Assembly (NCBI GenBank): GCA_963716255.1
Contig: OY970303.1
Location: 5,504,001 to 5,568,000, forward strand
Reading direction: 5' to 3'
Source: an uncultured Gemmatimonadales bacterium
GTDB taxonomy: Bacteria > Gemmatimonadota > Gemmatimonadetes > Longimicrobiales > Longimicrobiaceae
DNA length: 64,000 nucleotides
A program made the position numbers and the translations under genes. Within the stretch, counting starts at the first letter, position 1, and every line of letters begins with the position of its first letter. Below, piece after piece: positions 48,489-59,609 of the stretch. The notes under the pieces were generated by a model, which worked only from the letters and a program-made list of their open reading frames with translations, did no database searches and was not told the DNA's origin.

Positions 48489-49871
48489 ATGAACTACCCG
48501 GCAGACTCGACCGTGGCCCGCTTCGAGGACGGCACCGCCCTTCTGGGGGTGATCGGCCTGGGGTACGTCGGCCTCCCGCTGGCCGTCGAGATGGCGCGCA
48601 GCGGGTACCGCGTCCTCGGCTTCGACGTGAGCGAGCGGGTGGTGGACGGCATCAACCGTGGGGCGAGCCACATCCAGGACGTCCCCTCGGATGCGCTCGC
48701 GGCGTTCGTGGGCGAGGGGCTGCTCGTGGCGACCACGGACCTGTCGCGCCTGGCGGAGTGCGACGCCATCAGCATCTGTGTCCCCACGCCGCTCTCCAAG
48801 ACCAAGGACCCGGACCTGTCGTACGTGGTCGCCGCCACGCACGCCGTCCGCCAGGGGCTGCGCCCCGGCCAGCTGGTCATCCTGGAAAGCACCACCTACC
48901 CGGGGACCACGCGCGACGCCATGCTCCCCGTGCTGGAAGGGGGCGGGCTGGCGGGGGGGCGCGACTTCTTTCTGTGCTTCAGCCCGGAGCGGGTGGACCC
49001 CGGCAACGCGGTCTGGCACACGCGCAACACGCCCAAGGTGCTCGGGGGGATCACCCCGGCGTGCGCCGCGGCGGGGATGGCGCTGTACTCGCGCATCTTC
49101 GACGTGGTGGTGCCCGTGGAGAGCGCGGAGGCCGCGGAGCTGGTGAAGCTGTACGAGAACACCTTCCGCATGATCAACATTGCGCTCGTCAACGAGATGG
49201 CGCAGGTGTGCGACCGCCTGGGCGTGGACGTGTGGGGGGTGATCGAGGCGGCGGCCACCAAGCCGTTCGGCTTCATGAAGTTCACGCCGGGGCCGGGGCT
49301 GGGCGGGCACTGCATCCCGCTGGACCCGCACTACCTCTCGTGGAAGATGAGGACGCTGGCCTTCAAGACGCGCATGATCGAGCTGGCCAGCGAGATCAAC
49401 GCGGAGATGCCGGCGTTCGTGGTGCGCAAGGTCGCCGACGCCCTCAACGAGGACCGCAAGCCGCTCAACGGCAGCCGGGTCCTGGTGCTGGGGGTCGCGT
49501 ACAAGAAGGACATCGACGACCTGCGCGAGAGCCCGGCGCTGGAGATCATCCAGCTGCTGCAGGACAAGGGCGCGGAGGTGGCGTTCCACGACCCCTTCTG
49601 CCCCGTGATCCTGGACGACGGCCACACCTCCATCTCCGGCCTCCCGCTGCACGGCGTGGCACTCACGGACGCCGAGCTGGCGGCCGCGGACGCGGTGGTG
49701 GTGGTGACCGACCACTCGGACGTGGACTACGCGCGGGTCGCCGCGCGCGCCCGGCTGGTGGTGGACTCGCGTGGCGTCATGCGCCGCGCGGCGGGGGGCG
49801 CGCGGGTGGTGGGGATCTCGGGCACGGAGGGCGTCGCCGCGCCGCGCGGCCGGACCTCGGTGGCCGCGTGA
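48489..49871 (+). CDS. Nucleotide-sugar dehydrogenase (WbpA/WecC-like), paralog of 5194-6567
   Basis: [28 protein letters not shown]. Confidence 0.92.
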   Translation: MNYPADSTVARFEDGTALLGVIGLGYVGLPLAVEMARSGYRVLGFDVSERVVDGINRGASHIQDVPSDALAAFVGEGLLVATTDLSRLAECDAISICVPTPLSKTKDPDLSYVVAATHAVRQGLRPGQLVILESTTYPGTTRDAMLPVLEGGGLAGGRDFFLCFSPERVDPGNAVWHTRNTPKVLGGITPACAAAGMALYSRIFDVVVPVESAEAAELVKLYENTFRMINIALVNEMAQVCDRLGVDVWGVIEAAATKPFGFMKFTPGPGLGGHCIPLDPHYLSWKMRTLAFKTRMIELASEINAEMPAFVVRKVADALNEDRKPLNGSRVLVLGVAYKKDIDDLRESPALEIIQLLQDKGAEVAFHDPFCPVILDDGHTSISGLPLHGVALTDAELAAADAVVVVTDHSDVDYARVAARARLVVDSRGVMRRAAGGARVVGISGTEGVAAPRGRTSVAA

Positions 49872-50929
49872 CGGCGTACCGGGAGACCCAGGACGAGCTG
49901 CGCCGGAGCCCCCGCCGCTGGCTGGTGACCGGGGCGGCGGGCTTCATCGGTTCCAACCTGGTGGAGCAGCTCCTGGGGCTGGGCCAGGAGGTGGTGGGGC
50001 TGGACAGCTTCGCCACCGGACACCGCCGCAACCTGGACGAGGTCCGCCAGCGGGCGGGGGAGAGCGCCGCCGCCTTCCGCTTCATCGAGGGCGACATCCT
50101 GGATCTGGACGCCTGCCGCGAAGCGTGCGAGGGGGCGGACTTCGTGCTCCACCAGGCGGCGCTCGGCTCGGTGCCGCGCTCGCTGGAGGATCCCATCCGC
50201 TCCAACCGCGCCAACGTGGACGGGTTCCTCAACATGCTCGTCGCCGCGCGGGACGCGCGGGTGGGCCGCTTCGTGTACGCCGCCTCCAGCTCCACCTACG
50301 GCGACCACCCCGGCCTCCCCAAGGTGGAGGACCGCATCGGGCGGCCGCTCTCGCCGTACGCGGTGACCAAGTACGTCAACGAGCTGTACGCGGGGGTGTT
50401 CCAGCGCTCGTACGGGCTGGAAACCATCGGGCTGCGCTACTTCAACGTGTTCGGGCGGCGGCAGGACCCGGACGGCGCCTACGCGGCCGTGATCCCCAAG
50501 TGGGTGGGGAGCCTGCTTGCCGGCCGCCCCTGCTACGTCAACGGCGACGGCGAGACCAGCCGCGACTTCTGCTACGTGGACAACGTGGTGCAGGCGAACC
50601 TGCTCGCGGCGACCTCGCGCCACCCCGAAGCCACCGACCAGGTCTACAACGTGGCGTTCGGGGAGCGGACCACGCTCAACGAGATCTTCGGGCTGATCCG
50701 CGACGGCCTGGCGGCGTACCGCCCGGAGCTGGCGCAGGCGGAGCCCATCTACCGCGAGCCCCGGGCGGGGGACGTGCGCCACTCGCTGGCGGACATCGGC
50801 CGGATCCGCTCGCGGCTGGGCTACGCGCCCGCCTTCTCGGTGCGCGACGGGCTGGCCGAAGCGCTCGACTGGTACGTGCGCGACGCCGACCGGCGCCGCG
50901 CCGTCGAGACCGCGGGGGCCGCGTCGTGA
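49868..50929 (+). CDS. UDP-GlcNAc(A) 4-epimerase (WbpP/TviC-like)
   Basis: [56 protein letters not shown]. Confidence 0.9.
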   Translation: MTAYRETQDELRRSPRRWLVTGAAGFIGSNLVEQLLGLGQEVVGLDSFATGHRRNLDEVRQRAGESAAAFRFIEGDILDLDACREACEGADFVLHQAALGSVPRSLEDPIRSNRANVDGFLNMLVAARDARVGRFVYAASSSTYGDHPGLPKVEDRIGRPLSPYAVTKYVNELYAGVFQRSYGLETIGLRYFNVFGRRQDPDGAYAAVIPKWVGSLLAGRPCYVNGDGETSRDFCYVDNVVQANLLAATSRHPEATDQVYNVAFGERTTLNEIFGLIRDGLAAYRPELAQAEPIYREPRAGDVRHSLADIGRIRSRLGYAPAFSVRDGLAEALDWYVRDADRRRAVETAGAAS

Positions 50930-51804
50930 AGGGGATCATCCTGGCCGGCGGCTCGGGGACCCGGCTCTACCCGATCACGCAGGCGGTCAGCAAGCAGCTG
51001 CTGCCGGTGTACGACAAGCCCATGGTGTACTACCCGCTGAGCACGCTGATGCTGGCGGGGATCCGCGAGGTGCTGGTCATCTCCACGCCGTACGACCTCC
51101 CCCTCTTCCGCCGCCTCCTGGGCGACGGGTCGCAGTGGGGGATGGAGCTGTCGTACGCGGAGCAGCCCCGCCCGGAGGGGCTGGCGCAGGCCTTCGTCAT
51201 CGGGCGCGAGTTCGTGGGCGACGGGCCGGTGTGCCTGGTGCTGGGGGACAACATCTTCTACGGGCACGGGCTGAGCGAGTCGCTGCAGCGCGCCGCCGCC
51301 CGCACCCGGGGCGCGACGGTGTTCGGGTACTACGTCCGGGACCCGGAGCGCTACGGCGTGGTGGAGTTCGACCGCGAGGGGCGCGCCGTCACCATCGAGG
51401 AAAAGCCCGAGCGCCCGCGCTCCAACTACGCGGTCACCGGGCTGTACTTCTACGACAACCGGGTGCTGGAGATCGCGGCGTCTCTGAAGCCCTCGCCGCG
51501 GGGCGAGCTGGAGATCACCGACGTGAACCGCCGCTACCTGGCCGACGGCGGGCTGAGCGTGGAGATCATGGGGCGGGGAATGGCGTGGCTGGACACGGGG
51601 ACGCACGAGTCGCTCGCCCAGGCCGCGAACTTCATCCAGACGGTGGAGGAGCGGCAGGGGCTCAAGATCGCCTGCCCGGAGGAGATCGCCTTCGGGTGGG
51701 GGTGGATCACGGCGGACGACGTGACGCGCCTGGCGGAGCCGCTGCGCAAGAACGCGTACGGTGCCTACCTGCTGTCGCTGGTGGAGCACGGCGCGATCCG
51801 ATGA
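50926..51804 (+). CDS. rfbA: Glucose-1-phosphate thymidylyltransferase
   Basis: [44 protein letters not shown]. Confidence 0.95.
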   Translation: MKGIILAGGSGTRLYPITQAVSKQLLPVYDKPMVYYPLSTLMLAGIREVLVISTPYDLPLFRRLLGDGSQWGMELSYAEQPRPEGLAQAFVIGREFVGDGPVCLVLGDNIFYGHGLSESLQRAAARTRGATVFGYYVRDPERYGVVEFDREGRAVTIEEKPERPRSNYAVTGLYFYDNRVLEIAASLKPSPRGELEITDVNRRYLADGGLSVEIMGRGMAWLDTGTHESLAQAANFIQTVEERQGLKIACPEEIAFGWGWITADDVTRLAEPLRKNAYGAYLLSLVEHGAIR

Positions 51805-52373
51805 AGACCCTCCAGACCCGCATCCCCGGCGTGGTGGTGCTGGAGCCGCGGGTGTTCCCGGACTCGCGCGGGTACTTCATGGAGACGTGGAGCCGCGACC
51901 GCTACGCGGAGGCCGGGATCGACGCGGAGTTCGTGCAGGACAACCTGTCCTTTTCCGGGCGCGGCGTGCTGCGCGGCCTGCACTTCCAGAATCCCTCGCC
52001 GCAGGGGAAGCTGGTGGGCGTGCTGCAGGGCGCCGTGTTCGACGTGGCGGTGGACCTGCGTGTGGGCTCCCCCACCTTCGGGGAGTGGGTGGGGATGGCG
52101 CTGACCTCGGAGAACCGCCGGCAGATGTACGTCCCCGAGGGGCTCGCCCACGGCTTCGTGGTCACCGGCGACAGCGCGCTCTTCAGCTACAAGTGCACCC
52201 GCGCGTATTCGCCCGCGGACGAGCGCAGCCTGCGCTGGGACGACCCGGAGGTGGGGATCCGCTGGCCGGTGGCGGAGCCGGTGCTGTCCCCCAAGGACGC
52301 CGCCGCGCCGCGGCTGCGCGACATCTCCGGGGAACAGTTGTTCCGCGCGGATGCCCGCGCGGGAAGCGTCTAG
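51801..52373 (+). CDS. rfbC: dTDP-4-dehydrorhamnose 3,5-epimerase
   Basis: [31 protein letters not shown]. Confidence 0.95.
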   Translation: MKTLQTRIPGVVVLEPRVFPDSRGYFMETWSRDRYAEAGIDAEFVQDNLSFSGRGVLRGLHFQNPSPQGKLVGVLQGAVFDVAVDLRVGSPTFGEWVGMALTSENRRQMYVPEGLAHGFVVTGDSALFSYKCTRAYSPADERSLRWDDPEVGIRWPVAEPVLSPKDAAAPRLRDISGEQLFRADARAGSV

Positions 52374-52453
52374 CCGGCCGGCCGCCGGGCGCGAGGGGGA
52401 AGGGGCCCCGGCGCACGCCGCGCCGGTCGGGGGGCACACCACAGGGAGGGCGC

Positions 52454-52867
52454 ATGCGGTTCGACGAGATGAAGGTGGGGGACGCCGCGGAGCTGTCGAA
52501 GACGATCACCGACGCGGACATCGTCCTGTTCGCGGGGATCAGCGGCGACTTCAACCCGGTCCACATGGACCAGCAGGCGGCGGAGCGGTCGCGGTTCGGC
52601 GGCCGGATCGCCCACGGCATGCTAACCGCGAGCCTGATCTCGGGGGTGCTAGGGATGCGGCTGCCCGGGCCGGGCGCCATCTACCTCAACCAGTCGCTGC
52701 GCTTCACCGGCCCCGTCAAGATCGGCGACACGGTGACCGCCCGGGTGGAGGTGCTGGAGCTGATCCCGGCGAAGCAGCGGGTGCGCGTCGCCACCGTGTG
52801 CCGGAAGCAGAGCGGCGAGACCGTCCTGGACGGGGAAGCCCTGCTCTGGGTTCCCGACCCGTCCTGA
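52454..52867 (+). CDS. MaoC family dehydratase ((R)-specific enoyl-CoA hydratase-like)
   Basis: FAGISGDFNPVHMD, RIAHGML, LPGPG, PVKIGDTV hotdog hydratase motifs; good RBS. Confidence 0.9.
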   Translation: MRFDEMKVGDAAELSKTITDADIVLFAGISGDFNPVHMDQQAAERSRFGGRIAHGMLTASLISGVLGMRLPGPGAIYLNQSLRFTGPVKIGDTVTARVEVLELIPAKQRVRVATVCRKQSGETVLDGEALLWVPDPS

Positions 52868-52970
52868 TTCCCCGGGCCGTGGACGGGTCCGTCACCGCGG
52901 ACCCTCGCCGCGGCCGTTTCGCACAACGTGGCGCCGTCGCATCCGCCGGCACCGGAGGGAAGAGCTTCAG

Positions 52971-53702
52971 ATGATCCACGGCACGGCGGTGGTCGAGTCC
53001 GACCAGATCGGGGAAGGCGTGACGATCGGCGAGTTCGCGGTCGTCCGCCGGGGCGCCGTCCTCGGCCGGGGCGTGGTCGTCCACCCCCACGTGGTGATCG
53101 CCGACGGGGTCGAGGTGGGCGACGGCGTGGAGATCTTCCCCGGCGCGTTCCTCGGCAAGGAGCCCAAGGGCGCGGGCGCGCTGGCGCGCCAGCCGCGCTT
53201 CGAGCGCCGCATCCGCATCGGGGCGAACTCGTCCATCGGCCCGCACGCGGTGGTCTACTACGACGTGGAGATCGGCGAGAACACCCTGGTGGGAGACGGC
53301 GCCTCCATCCGCGAGGGGTGCAGCATCGGGTCGCGCTGCATCATCAGCCGGTACGTGACCGTCAACTACAACACCCGCATCGGGGACCGCACCAAGGTCA
53401 TGGACCTCACGCACGTGACGGGCAACTGCGACATCGGCAGCGACGTGTTCGTGAGCGTGATGGTGGGGATGACCAACGACAACGCCATCGGCTCCAGGGG
53501 CTACAGCGACGAGGAGATCCGGGGTCCGCGGATCGAGGACGGCGCCATGGTGGGGGCGGGCGCGACCCTGCTCCCCGGCGTGGTGGTGGGGGCCGGCGCG
53601 ATCATCGGCGCCGGGGCGGTGGTGAGCAGGGCCGTGGAGGCCGGCACGGTGGTGATGGGGATCCCCGCACGGTTCGCGCGCCGGGTGGCCGCCGAGGAGT
53701 GA
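52971..53702 (+). CDS. Hexapeptide-repeat (left-handed beta-helix) N-acyltransferase
   Basis: Repeated [IV]G hexapeptides, TND, IGAGAVV, MGIPAR. Confidence 0.88.
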   Translation: MIHGTAVVESDQIGEGVTIGEFAVVRRGAVLGRGVVVHPHVVIADGVEVGDGVEIFPGAFLGKEPKGAGALARQPRFERRIRIGANSSIGPHAVVYYDVEIGENTLVGDGASIREGCSIGSRCIISRYVTVNYNTRIGDRTKVMDLTHVTGNCDIGSDVFVSVMVGMTNDNAIGSRGYSDEEIRGPRIEDGAMVGAGATLLPGVVVGAGAIIGAGAVVSRAVEAGTVVMGIPARFARRVAAEE

Positions 53703-54166
53703 GGGCGATCCAGGCGGTCCCGGGCACGCACGGCGATCCGGCCTTCCGGGCGCTCCGGGAGTGCCGCATCGTGCAGCTCCCCAAGATCAGCGACCCGCGC
53801 GGCAACCTGACCTTCGCGGAGTCGCGGCGGAACGTGCCCTTCGACATCGCGCGCGCGTACTGGATCTACGACGTTCCCGGCGGCGAGGACCGCGGGGCCG
53901 GGCACGCGTACCGGCGCCTGCAGGAGTTCGTGATCGCCCTGTCCGGGAGCTTCGACGTGGTGGTGGACGACGGGACGGAGAGCAGCCGCTTCACGCTCAA
54001 CCGCTCGTACTTCGGGCTGTACGTGCCCAACACGCTGTGGCGGCGGATCGAGAACTTCTCCACCAACGGGGTGTGCCTGGTGCTGGCCTCCGCCCCGTAC
54101 GACGTGGACGACTACCTGCGCGACCACGAGGCGTTCGCCCGGTGGCGGGGGGCGGCGCGGCCGTGA
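53699..54166 (+). CDS. FdtA/QdtA-like sugar 3,4-ketoisomerase cupin (variant motif)
   Basis: [36 protein letters not shown]. Confidence 0.85.
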   Translation: MRAIQAVPGTHGDPAFRALRECRIVQLPKISDPRGNLTFAESRRNVPFDIARAYWIYDVPGGEDRGAGHAYRRLQEFVIALSGSFDVVVDDGTESSRFTLNRSYFGLYVPNTLWRRIENFSTNGVCLVLASAPYDVDDYLRDHEAFARWRGAARP

Positions 54167-54576
54167 GCACCGTGGACGACTGCCGCCTCCTGGAGCTGCC
54201 CAGGATGCAGAGCGCGGCGGGGAGCATCACCCCGGTGGAGGGCGGGCGGGAGGTGCCCTTCGCCATCGAGCGCGTCTACTACCTGTACGACGTGCCGGGG
54301 GGGGAGTCGCGGGGGGGGCACGCCCACCGCGCGCTGCAGCAGCTGATCGTTTCCGTGATGGGATCGTTCGACATCGTGCTGGACGACGGCGCGTCCAGGA
54401 AGACCGTGCGGCTCGACCGCGCCTACCAGGGACTGTACGTCCCCCGGCTGATCTGGCGCGAGCTGATCAACTTCTCGTCCGGCGGCATCTGCATGGTGCT
54501 GGCCTCGCAGCCGTACGAGGAGGCCGACTACATCCGCGACTACACCGAGTTCCTGGAATGCAAACGGCTCCCCTGA
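54163..54576 (+). CDS. FdtA/QdtA-like sugar 3,4-ketoisomerase cupin
   Basis: [26 protein letters not shown]. Confidence 0.9.
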   Translation: MSTVDDCRLLELPRMQSAAGSITPVEGGREVPFAIERVYYLYDVPGGESRGGHAHRALQQLIVSVMGSFDIVLDDGASRKTVRLDRAYQGLYVPRLIWRELINFSSGGICMVLASQPYEEADYIRDYTEFLECKRLP

Positions 54577-55673
54577 GCGTCCCCTTTCTCGACCTCGCGG
54601 CCCCCTACGAGGAGCTTCGCTCCGGGATCGACGAGGCGGTGCAGCGCGTCCTGTCCGGCGGCTGGTACCTGCTGGGCGGGGAGCTGCGCGCCTTCGAGGA
54701 GGAGTACGCCGCCTTCTGCGGCGCGCGGGAGTGCATCGGGGTGGGAAACGGGCTGGACGCGCTGCACCTGATCCTGCGCGCCATGGACATCGGCCCGGGG
54801 GACGAGGTGATCGTGCCCTCCAACACCTTCATCGCCTCGTGGCTGGCGGTGAGCCAGACGGGGGCGACGCCGGTGCCGGTGGAGCCGGACCCGCGCACCT
54901 ACAACCTGGACCCGGCGCGCATCGAGGCGGCGGTGACCGGGCGGACGCGCGCGATCATGGCGGTGCACCTGTACGGCCAGCCGGCGGACATGGACGCCAT
55001 CGGCCAGGTGGCGGCGCGCCACGGGCTGCGGGTGGTGGAGGACGCGGCGCAGGCGCAGGGCGCCCGCTGCCGCGGCCGGCGCGCGGGCGCCCTGGGCGAC
55101 GCGGCGGCGTGGAGCTTCTATCCCGGAAAGAACCTGGGCGCGCTGGGCGACGCGGGCGCCGTGACCACGGACGACCCGGAGCTGGCTGAGCGCATCCGGG
55201 TGCTGCGCAACTACGGGAGCCGGGTCAAGTACGTGCACGAGGTGGAGGGCGTCAACAGCCGCCTGGACGAGATCCAGGCGGCCGTGCTGCGGGTCAAGCT
55301 GGGCCGGCTGGACGAGTGGAACGCCCGCCGCCGCGCCGTCGCGGAGGTGTACGGCGCCGCGCTCGCGGACAGCGGCGTGGTGCTGCCGCACGTGCCGGAG
55401 TGGGCGGAGCCGGTGTGGCACCTGTACGTGGTGCGCGTCTCCCGCCGGGACGCGCTGCAGCGCGCGCTGGCGGAGCAGGGGATCGGCACGCTGGTGCACT
55501 ACCCCACGCCGCCGCACCTCCAGGGGGCGTACCGCTCGCTGGGGATGGGGCCGGGCACCTTCCCCGTCTCGGAGGAGATCCACCGGGAGGTCCTCAGCCT
55601 CCCCATCGGGCCGCACCTGGCCGTGGAGGACGCGCGCTTCGTCGCCGACGCGGTGAGGGCGGCGCTCCGATGA
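54558..55673 (+). CDS. DegT/DnrJ/EryC1/StrS aminotransferase (FdtB/QdtB-like)
   Basis: [49 protein letters not shown]. Confidence 0.92.
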   Translation: MQTAPLSVPFLDLAAPYEELRSGIDEAVQRVLSGGWYLLGGELRAFEEEYAAFCGARECIGVGNGLDALHLILRAMDIGPGDEVIVPSNTFIASWLAVSQTGATPVPVEPDPRTYNLDPARIEAAVTGRTRAIMAVHLYGQPADMDAIGQVAARHGLRVVEDAAQAQGARCRGRRAGALGDAAAWSFYPGKNLGALGDAGAVTTDDPELAERIRVLRNYGSRVKYVHEVEGVNSRLDEIQAAVLRVKLGRLDEWNARRRAVAEVYGAALADSGVVLPHVPEWAEPVWHLYVVRVSRRDALQRALAEQGIGTLVHYPTPPHLQGAYRSLGMGPGTFPVSEEIHREVLSLPIGPHLAVEDARFVADAVRAALR

Positions 55674-57112
55674 AGGCCGCGCTGCGCGCCACCACCGTCC
55701 TGGCGAGCGGGTCCGCCGTGACGGTGGTGGTGGGGATCGTCTCCGCGAAGGCGTGGGCGCTCCTGGTGGGACCCTCGGGGATGGGCCAGCTGGCGCTGCT
55801 TCAGGGGATGGTGGGGCTGGGCGGGATCGTGGCCGGGGTGGGGCTGAACAGTGCGCTGGTGCAGATGGGCGCGAGCGCGCGGGGCCGCGGCGACGAGGCG
55901 ACGGTCGCCGCCTCGCGCGTGGCGGCGCAGCGCCTGACGCTGGCGCTCGCCGCCTGCGCGGCCGTGCTCGCCGCGCTCTTCCGAGTGCCGCTCTCCCGCT
56001 GGCTCCTGGCGGGCGAGCAGCACGCCGGGGCGGCGGCGCTGATGGGGCTGGCGGTGGGCTTCACCCTGCTCGCCAACACGCAGACGGGCGTGCTCAACGC
56101 GCACCACCGCGTGGGTGCCCTGGCGCGCACGGCCGTGCTGACCAGCGCGCTCGGGGGGGCGTTCAGCGTCGCGGTGCTGTGGGCGTGGCGCGAGCGCGGC
56201 ATCGCCTGGGCGGTGGTGGGCCCGGCGCTGGTGGGCTGGGCCGTCGCCGCCTGGATGGCCCGGCGCGAGGTGGGACCCGCCGGCCACGCTCCCGCGGACT
56301 CGGTGCGGCGGGCCACGCGGGGGCTGTTCGCCTTCGGGGTGCCGCACATGGCGGGGTCGCTGGTGGGCTCCGGGGTGCAGTTCGCGCTGCCCATGCTGGT
56401 GCTCGCGCAGCTGGGCGCCGACGGCGTGGGCTTCTTCCGCGCGGCGTGGACGCTCGCCATCGGCTACCTGGGCTTCCTGGTGACCGCCATGGGCCAGGAC
56501 TACTACCCCCGCGCCTCCGCCGCCGGGCCGGGCGAGCTGGAGCTGCTGGTGAACCAGCAGCTGCGGCTGGTGACGCTGCTGGGCGGCGCCGTCATCGTGG
56601 TCGCCCAGGTGGCGACGCCGTTCGTGCTCCCCCTGCTGTACGCCCCCAGCTTCGCCCCGGCCGCCGAGATCCTGGGGTGGCAGTGGCTGGGCAGCCTGGT
56701 GAAGCTGTGGGGGTGGGCGCTGGGGCTGGTGGTGCTGGCGCGCCTGGGGAGCCGCACGTACTTCGTGGGGGAGCTGGTGGGCGGAGCGAGCCTGCTGGCC
56801 GGGAGCGTCCTGGGGATGCGCTGGCTGGGGCTGGAGGGGCTGGGGGCGGGCTTCCTGCTCACCCAGGTGCTCTACACGGCGGTGGTGTGGGCGCTGGTGC
56901 GCCGCGGCACCGGGATCGCCCTGGCGGCGCGGACGTGGGGGTTGATGTTGGGCGCCTTCGCCGTGCTGGTGGGGCTCCGGCTGATCTCCGGGCTGGGGCT
57001 GGGCGCGGCCGGCTTCGCGGTGATGCTCCTCCTGGGCGCCGCGGCCGTGGCCTGCCACGGCTGGATCCTGTACAGGGAATTCAAACACCCGGACGTGGTG
57101 CTTTCGTCGTGA
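55670..57112 (+). CDS. wzx: Oligosaccharide flippase
   Basis: About 12-14 TM segments, [13 protein letters not shown]; follows the dTDP-aminosugar genes. Confidence 0.8.
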   Translation: MKAALRATTVLASGSAVTVVVGIVSAKAWALLVGPSGMGQLALLQGMVGLGGIVAGVGLNSALVQMGASARGRGDEATVAASRVAAQRLTLALAACAAVLAALFRVPLSRWLLAGEQHAGAAALMGLAVGFTLLANTQTGVLNAHHRVGALARTAVLTSALGGAFSVAVLWAWRERGIAWAVVGPALVGWAVAAWMARREVGPAGHAPADSVRRATRGLFAFGVPHMAGSLVGSGVQFALPMLVLAQLGADGVGFFRAAWTLAIGYLGFLVTAMGQDYYPRASAAGPGELELLVNQQLRLVTLLGGAVIVVAQVATPFVLPLLYAPSFAPAAEILGWQWLGSLVKLWGWALGLVVLARLGSRTYFVGELVGGASLLAGSVLGMRWLGLEGLGAGFLLTQVLYTAVVWALVRRGTGIALAARTWGLMLGAFAVLVGLRLISGLGLGAAGFAVMLLLGAAAVACHGWILYREFKHPDVVLSS

Positions 57113-58089
57113 ATGGTCGTGCTGCGGAGGCCGGACTCCCGCTGGTGAGCGTCGTCATGCCCGCCTACAACCACGAGCGCTTCGTGGAGGAGGCGGTGCG
57201 CGGCGTGTGGGCGCAGACGTATCCCAACCTGGAGCTGGTGGTGCTGGACGACGGCTCGCGCGACCGCACGCCCGAGATCCTCCGGCGGCTGCAGGCGGCG
57301 AGCCCCATCCCCATGCAGGTGGTCTGCAAGGACAACGAGGGAGTCACGCGGACGCTCAACCGCGGGCTGGCGCTCGCCCGCGGCGAGTACATCGCGCTGG
57401 GCTCCGGCGACGACCGCCACCTCCCGCACCACGTGGCGACGCTGGTGCGGGCGGCGCGCGAGGAGGCGCCGGGGACGGTGGTGCACGGCGACGTGTGCAT
57501 GATCGACGGCGCGGGGGAACGCACCGGCCGCAGGCTGTCGGACGACCACCCGTTCCGCAGCGGCTCCGTGTACGAGGAGCTGCTGCTGCTCAGGACCACG
57601 GTGCCGTCGATCGCGGCGCTGGTCCCCGCGGCGCTGTTCGCGGAGGCGGGCGGATACAACGAGGACAGCCTGCTGGACGACTGGGAGATGTTCCTCAAGC
57701 TCACCCGCCGGCACCCCGTCCGCTACGTCGCCGAGGTGGTGGCCGAGTACAGGGTCCACGGCGAGGGCCAGCTGACGCGCCAGGTGGCGAGGCTGCTGCC
57801 GGACCGGCTCCGCATCTTCGAGGAGAACGTCCGGGAGTATCCCCGCGCGCAGGATGCCCGCTGGCGGCGCGAGGCCCGCGGCCACCTGTACCGCCACGTC
57901 GCGGAGGGGTTCTACATCGTCCGCGACTTCGGCGAGGCCCGGCGCTGGCTCCTGCGGTCGCTCGCCCAGTGGCCGCTGCAGCCCAGGGCGGCGAAGCTCC
58001 TCGCGCGCTCGCTCCTGGGCGCACGCCTGGTGAGCCGGCTGAGCACGCTGCGGTCGCGGCGCGGGCGCGTGCCGGAGCCGAGCGCGTGA
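57109..58089 (+). CDS. GT2 family glycosyltransferase
   Basis: VSVVMPAYNH, LDDGSRD, GSGDD, DDWEMFL, YRVH. Confidence 0.9.
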   Translation: MNGRAAEAGLPLVSVVMPAYNHERFVEEAVRGVWAQTYPNLELVVLDDGSRDRTPEILRRLQAASPIPMQVVCKDNEGVTRTLNRGLALARGEYIALGSGDDRHLPHHVATLVRAAREEAPGTVVHGDVCMIDGAGERTGRRLSDDHPFRSGSVYEELLLLRTTVPSIAALVPAALFAEAGGYNEDSLLDDWEMFLKLTRRHPVRYVAEVVAEYRVHGEGQLTRQVARLLPDRLRIFEENVREYPRAQDARWRREARGHLYRHVAEGFYIVRDFGEARRWLLRSLAQWPLQPRAAKLLARSLLGARLVSRLSTLRSRRGRVPEPSA

Positions 58090-58193
58090 GCGGGAGCGCG
58101 GCCGCCCGGCCCGCTCCGGGCGCCTCCCCCCGGGTGCACGCCGCTTCCTGACCGCCGCCGCCAAGAACCTCGACCGGCCCGACGACGGCCCGC

Positions 58194-59609
58194 ATGATCT
58201 TCAACTCTCTCGAGTACATCGCGTTCTTCGTGATCGCGGTGGGCGGCTACTTCCTGCTCCCGCAGCGCTTCCGCAACCGGTGGCTGCTGGCGGCCAGCCT
58301 GTACTTCTACATGAGCTGGTCGGCGCCGTTCATCCTGCTCATCCTGTACAGCACCACCATCGACTACTTCGTCGCGCTGCGATTGGACGCGACCGAAAAG
58401 CAGAGGACGAGGCGCGTGCTGCTGCTGGTGAGCCTGGTCACCAACTTCGGCGCGCTGTTCCTGTTCAAGTACTACGACTTCTTCGTCGACAGCTGGGGAG
58501 CGTTCACGGGGGGGACGCGGCCGGGGTGGAGCCCGCCGCTGCTGCAGCTGGTCCTGCCCCTGGGCATCTCGTTCTACACGTTCGAGGCGATCAGCTACAC
58601 CCTGGACGTGTACTGGCGCCGCTTCCCGGCGGAGCGCAGCTATCCGCGGCTGCTGCTCTTCATCATGTTCTTCCCCAAGCTGATCGCGGGGCCCATCGAG
58701 CGCGCCGGGCACCTGATCCCGCAGTTCGACCGCCGCACGGAGTTCGACTACCTGCGCGCGCGCGACGGGCTGGCGCAGATCCTGTGGGGAATGTTCAAGA
58801 AAGTGGTGATCGCGGACCGGCTGGCGATCTACGTGGACGCGGTCTATAATAACCCGCAGCACCACGTGGGCAGCACGCTCCTCCTGGCGACCCTCTTCTT
58901 CAGCTTCCAGGTCTACTGCGACTTTTCCGGGTACTCCGACATCGCGATCGGGACCGCGCGCATCCTGGGGATCGACCTCCTCCGCAACTTCCGGCGTCCG
59001 TACTTCGCCACCTCGTTCACGGACTTCTGGGCCCGCTGGCACATCTCGCTGTCCACCTGGTTCCGCGACTACCTGTACGTGCCGCTGGGCGGCAACCGGC
59101 GCGGGGAGTGGCGGCGGGACTTCAACGTGTTCATGGTCTTCCTGGTGAGCGGGATCTGGCACGGCGCCAACTGGACGTTCGTCTGGTGGGGGCTGTTCCA
59201 CGGGGTGCTCGTCTCGGCGCAGAACATCGGGGGGCGCTACGTGCGGCGGGTCCGCCCGGGATTCGTTCTCCCGAGGCCGGTGCGGGTGGGCGGCACCTTC
59301 GCCATGATCGTGCTCACCTGGGTGCTGTTCCGCGCCAACTCGCTGGCGGACGCGCGCCACGTGTATGCGCAGATCTTCTTCAACTTCGACGCGTCGCGCT
59401 TCTTCGTGAACGCGAGCAACATCGTATACGGCGTCTTCGGGATCCTGGTGCTGGTGGCGGGGGAGACGCTGACCGAGCGCGGCCTGTACCCGCGCATCTG
59501 GACCCCCGAGCTGCGCCCGGTGCGGTGGGGCGCGTACGTCGGCCTGGTCACCCTGATCCTGATGATCGGGGTGTTCACGGGCGGCGAGTTCATCTACTTC
59601 CAGTTCTGA
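58194..59609 (+). CDS. MBOAT family O-acyltransferase (AlgI/DltB/PatA-like)
   Basis: LPLGISFYTF, YCDFSGYSDIAIG, FWARWHISLSTWFRDYLY, GIWHGA, C-terminal FIYFQF. Confidence 0.93.
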   Translation: MIFNSLEYIAFFVIAVGGYFLLPQRFRNRWLLAASLYFYMSWSAPFILLILYSTTIDYFVALRLDATEKQRTRRVLLLVSLVTNFGALFLFKYYDFFVDSWGAFTGGTRPGWSPPLLQLVLPLGISFYTFEAISYTLDVYWRRFPAERSYPRLLLFIMFFPKLIAGPIERAGHLIPQFDRRTEFDYLRARDGLAQILWGMFKKVVIADRLAIYVDAVYNNPQHHVGSTLLLATLFFSFQVYCDFSGYSDIAIGTARILGIDLLRNFRRPYFATSFTDFWARWHISLSTWFRDYLYVPLGGNRRGEWRRDFNVFMVFLVSGIWHGANWTFVWWGLFHGVLVSAQNIGGRYVRRVRPGFVLPRPVRVGGTFAMIVLTWVLFRANSLADARHVYAQIFFNFDASRFFVNASNIVYGVFGILVLVAGETLTERGLYPRIWTPELRPVRWGAYVGLVTLILMIGVFTGGEFIYFQF

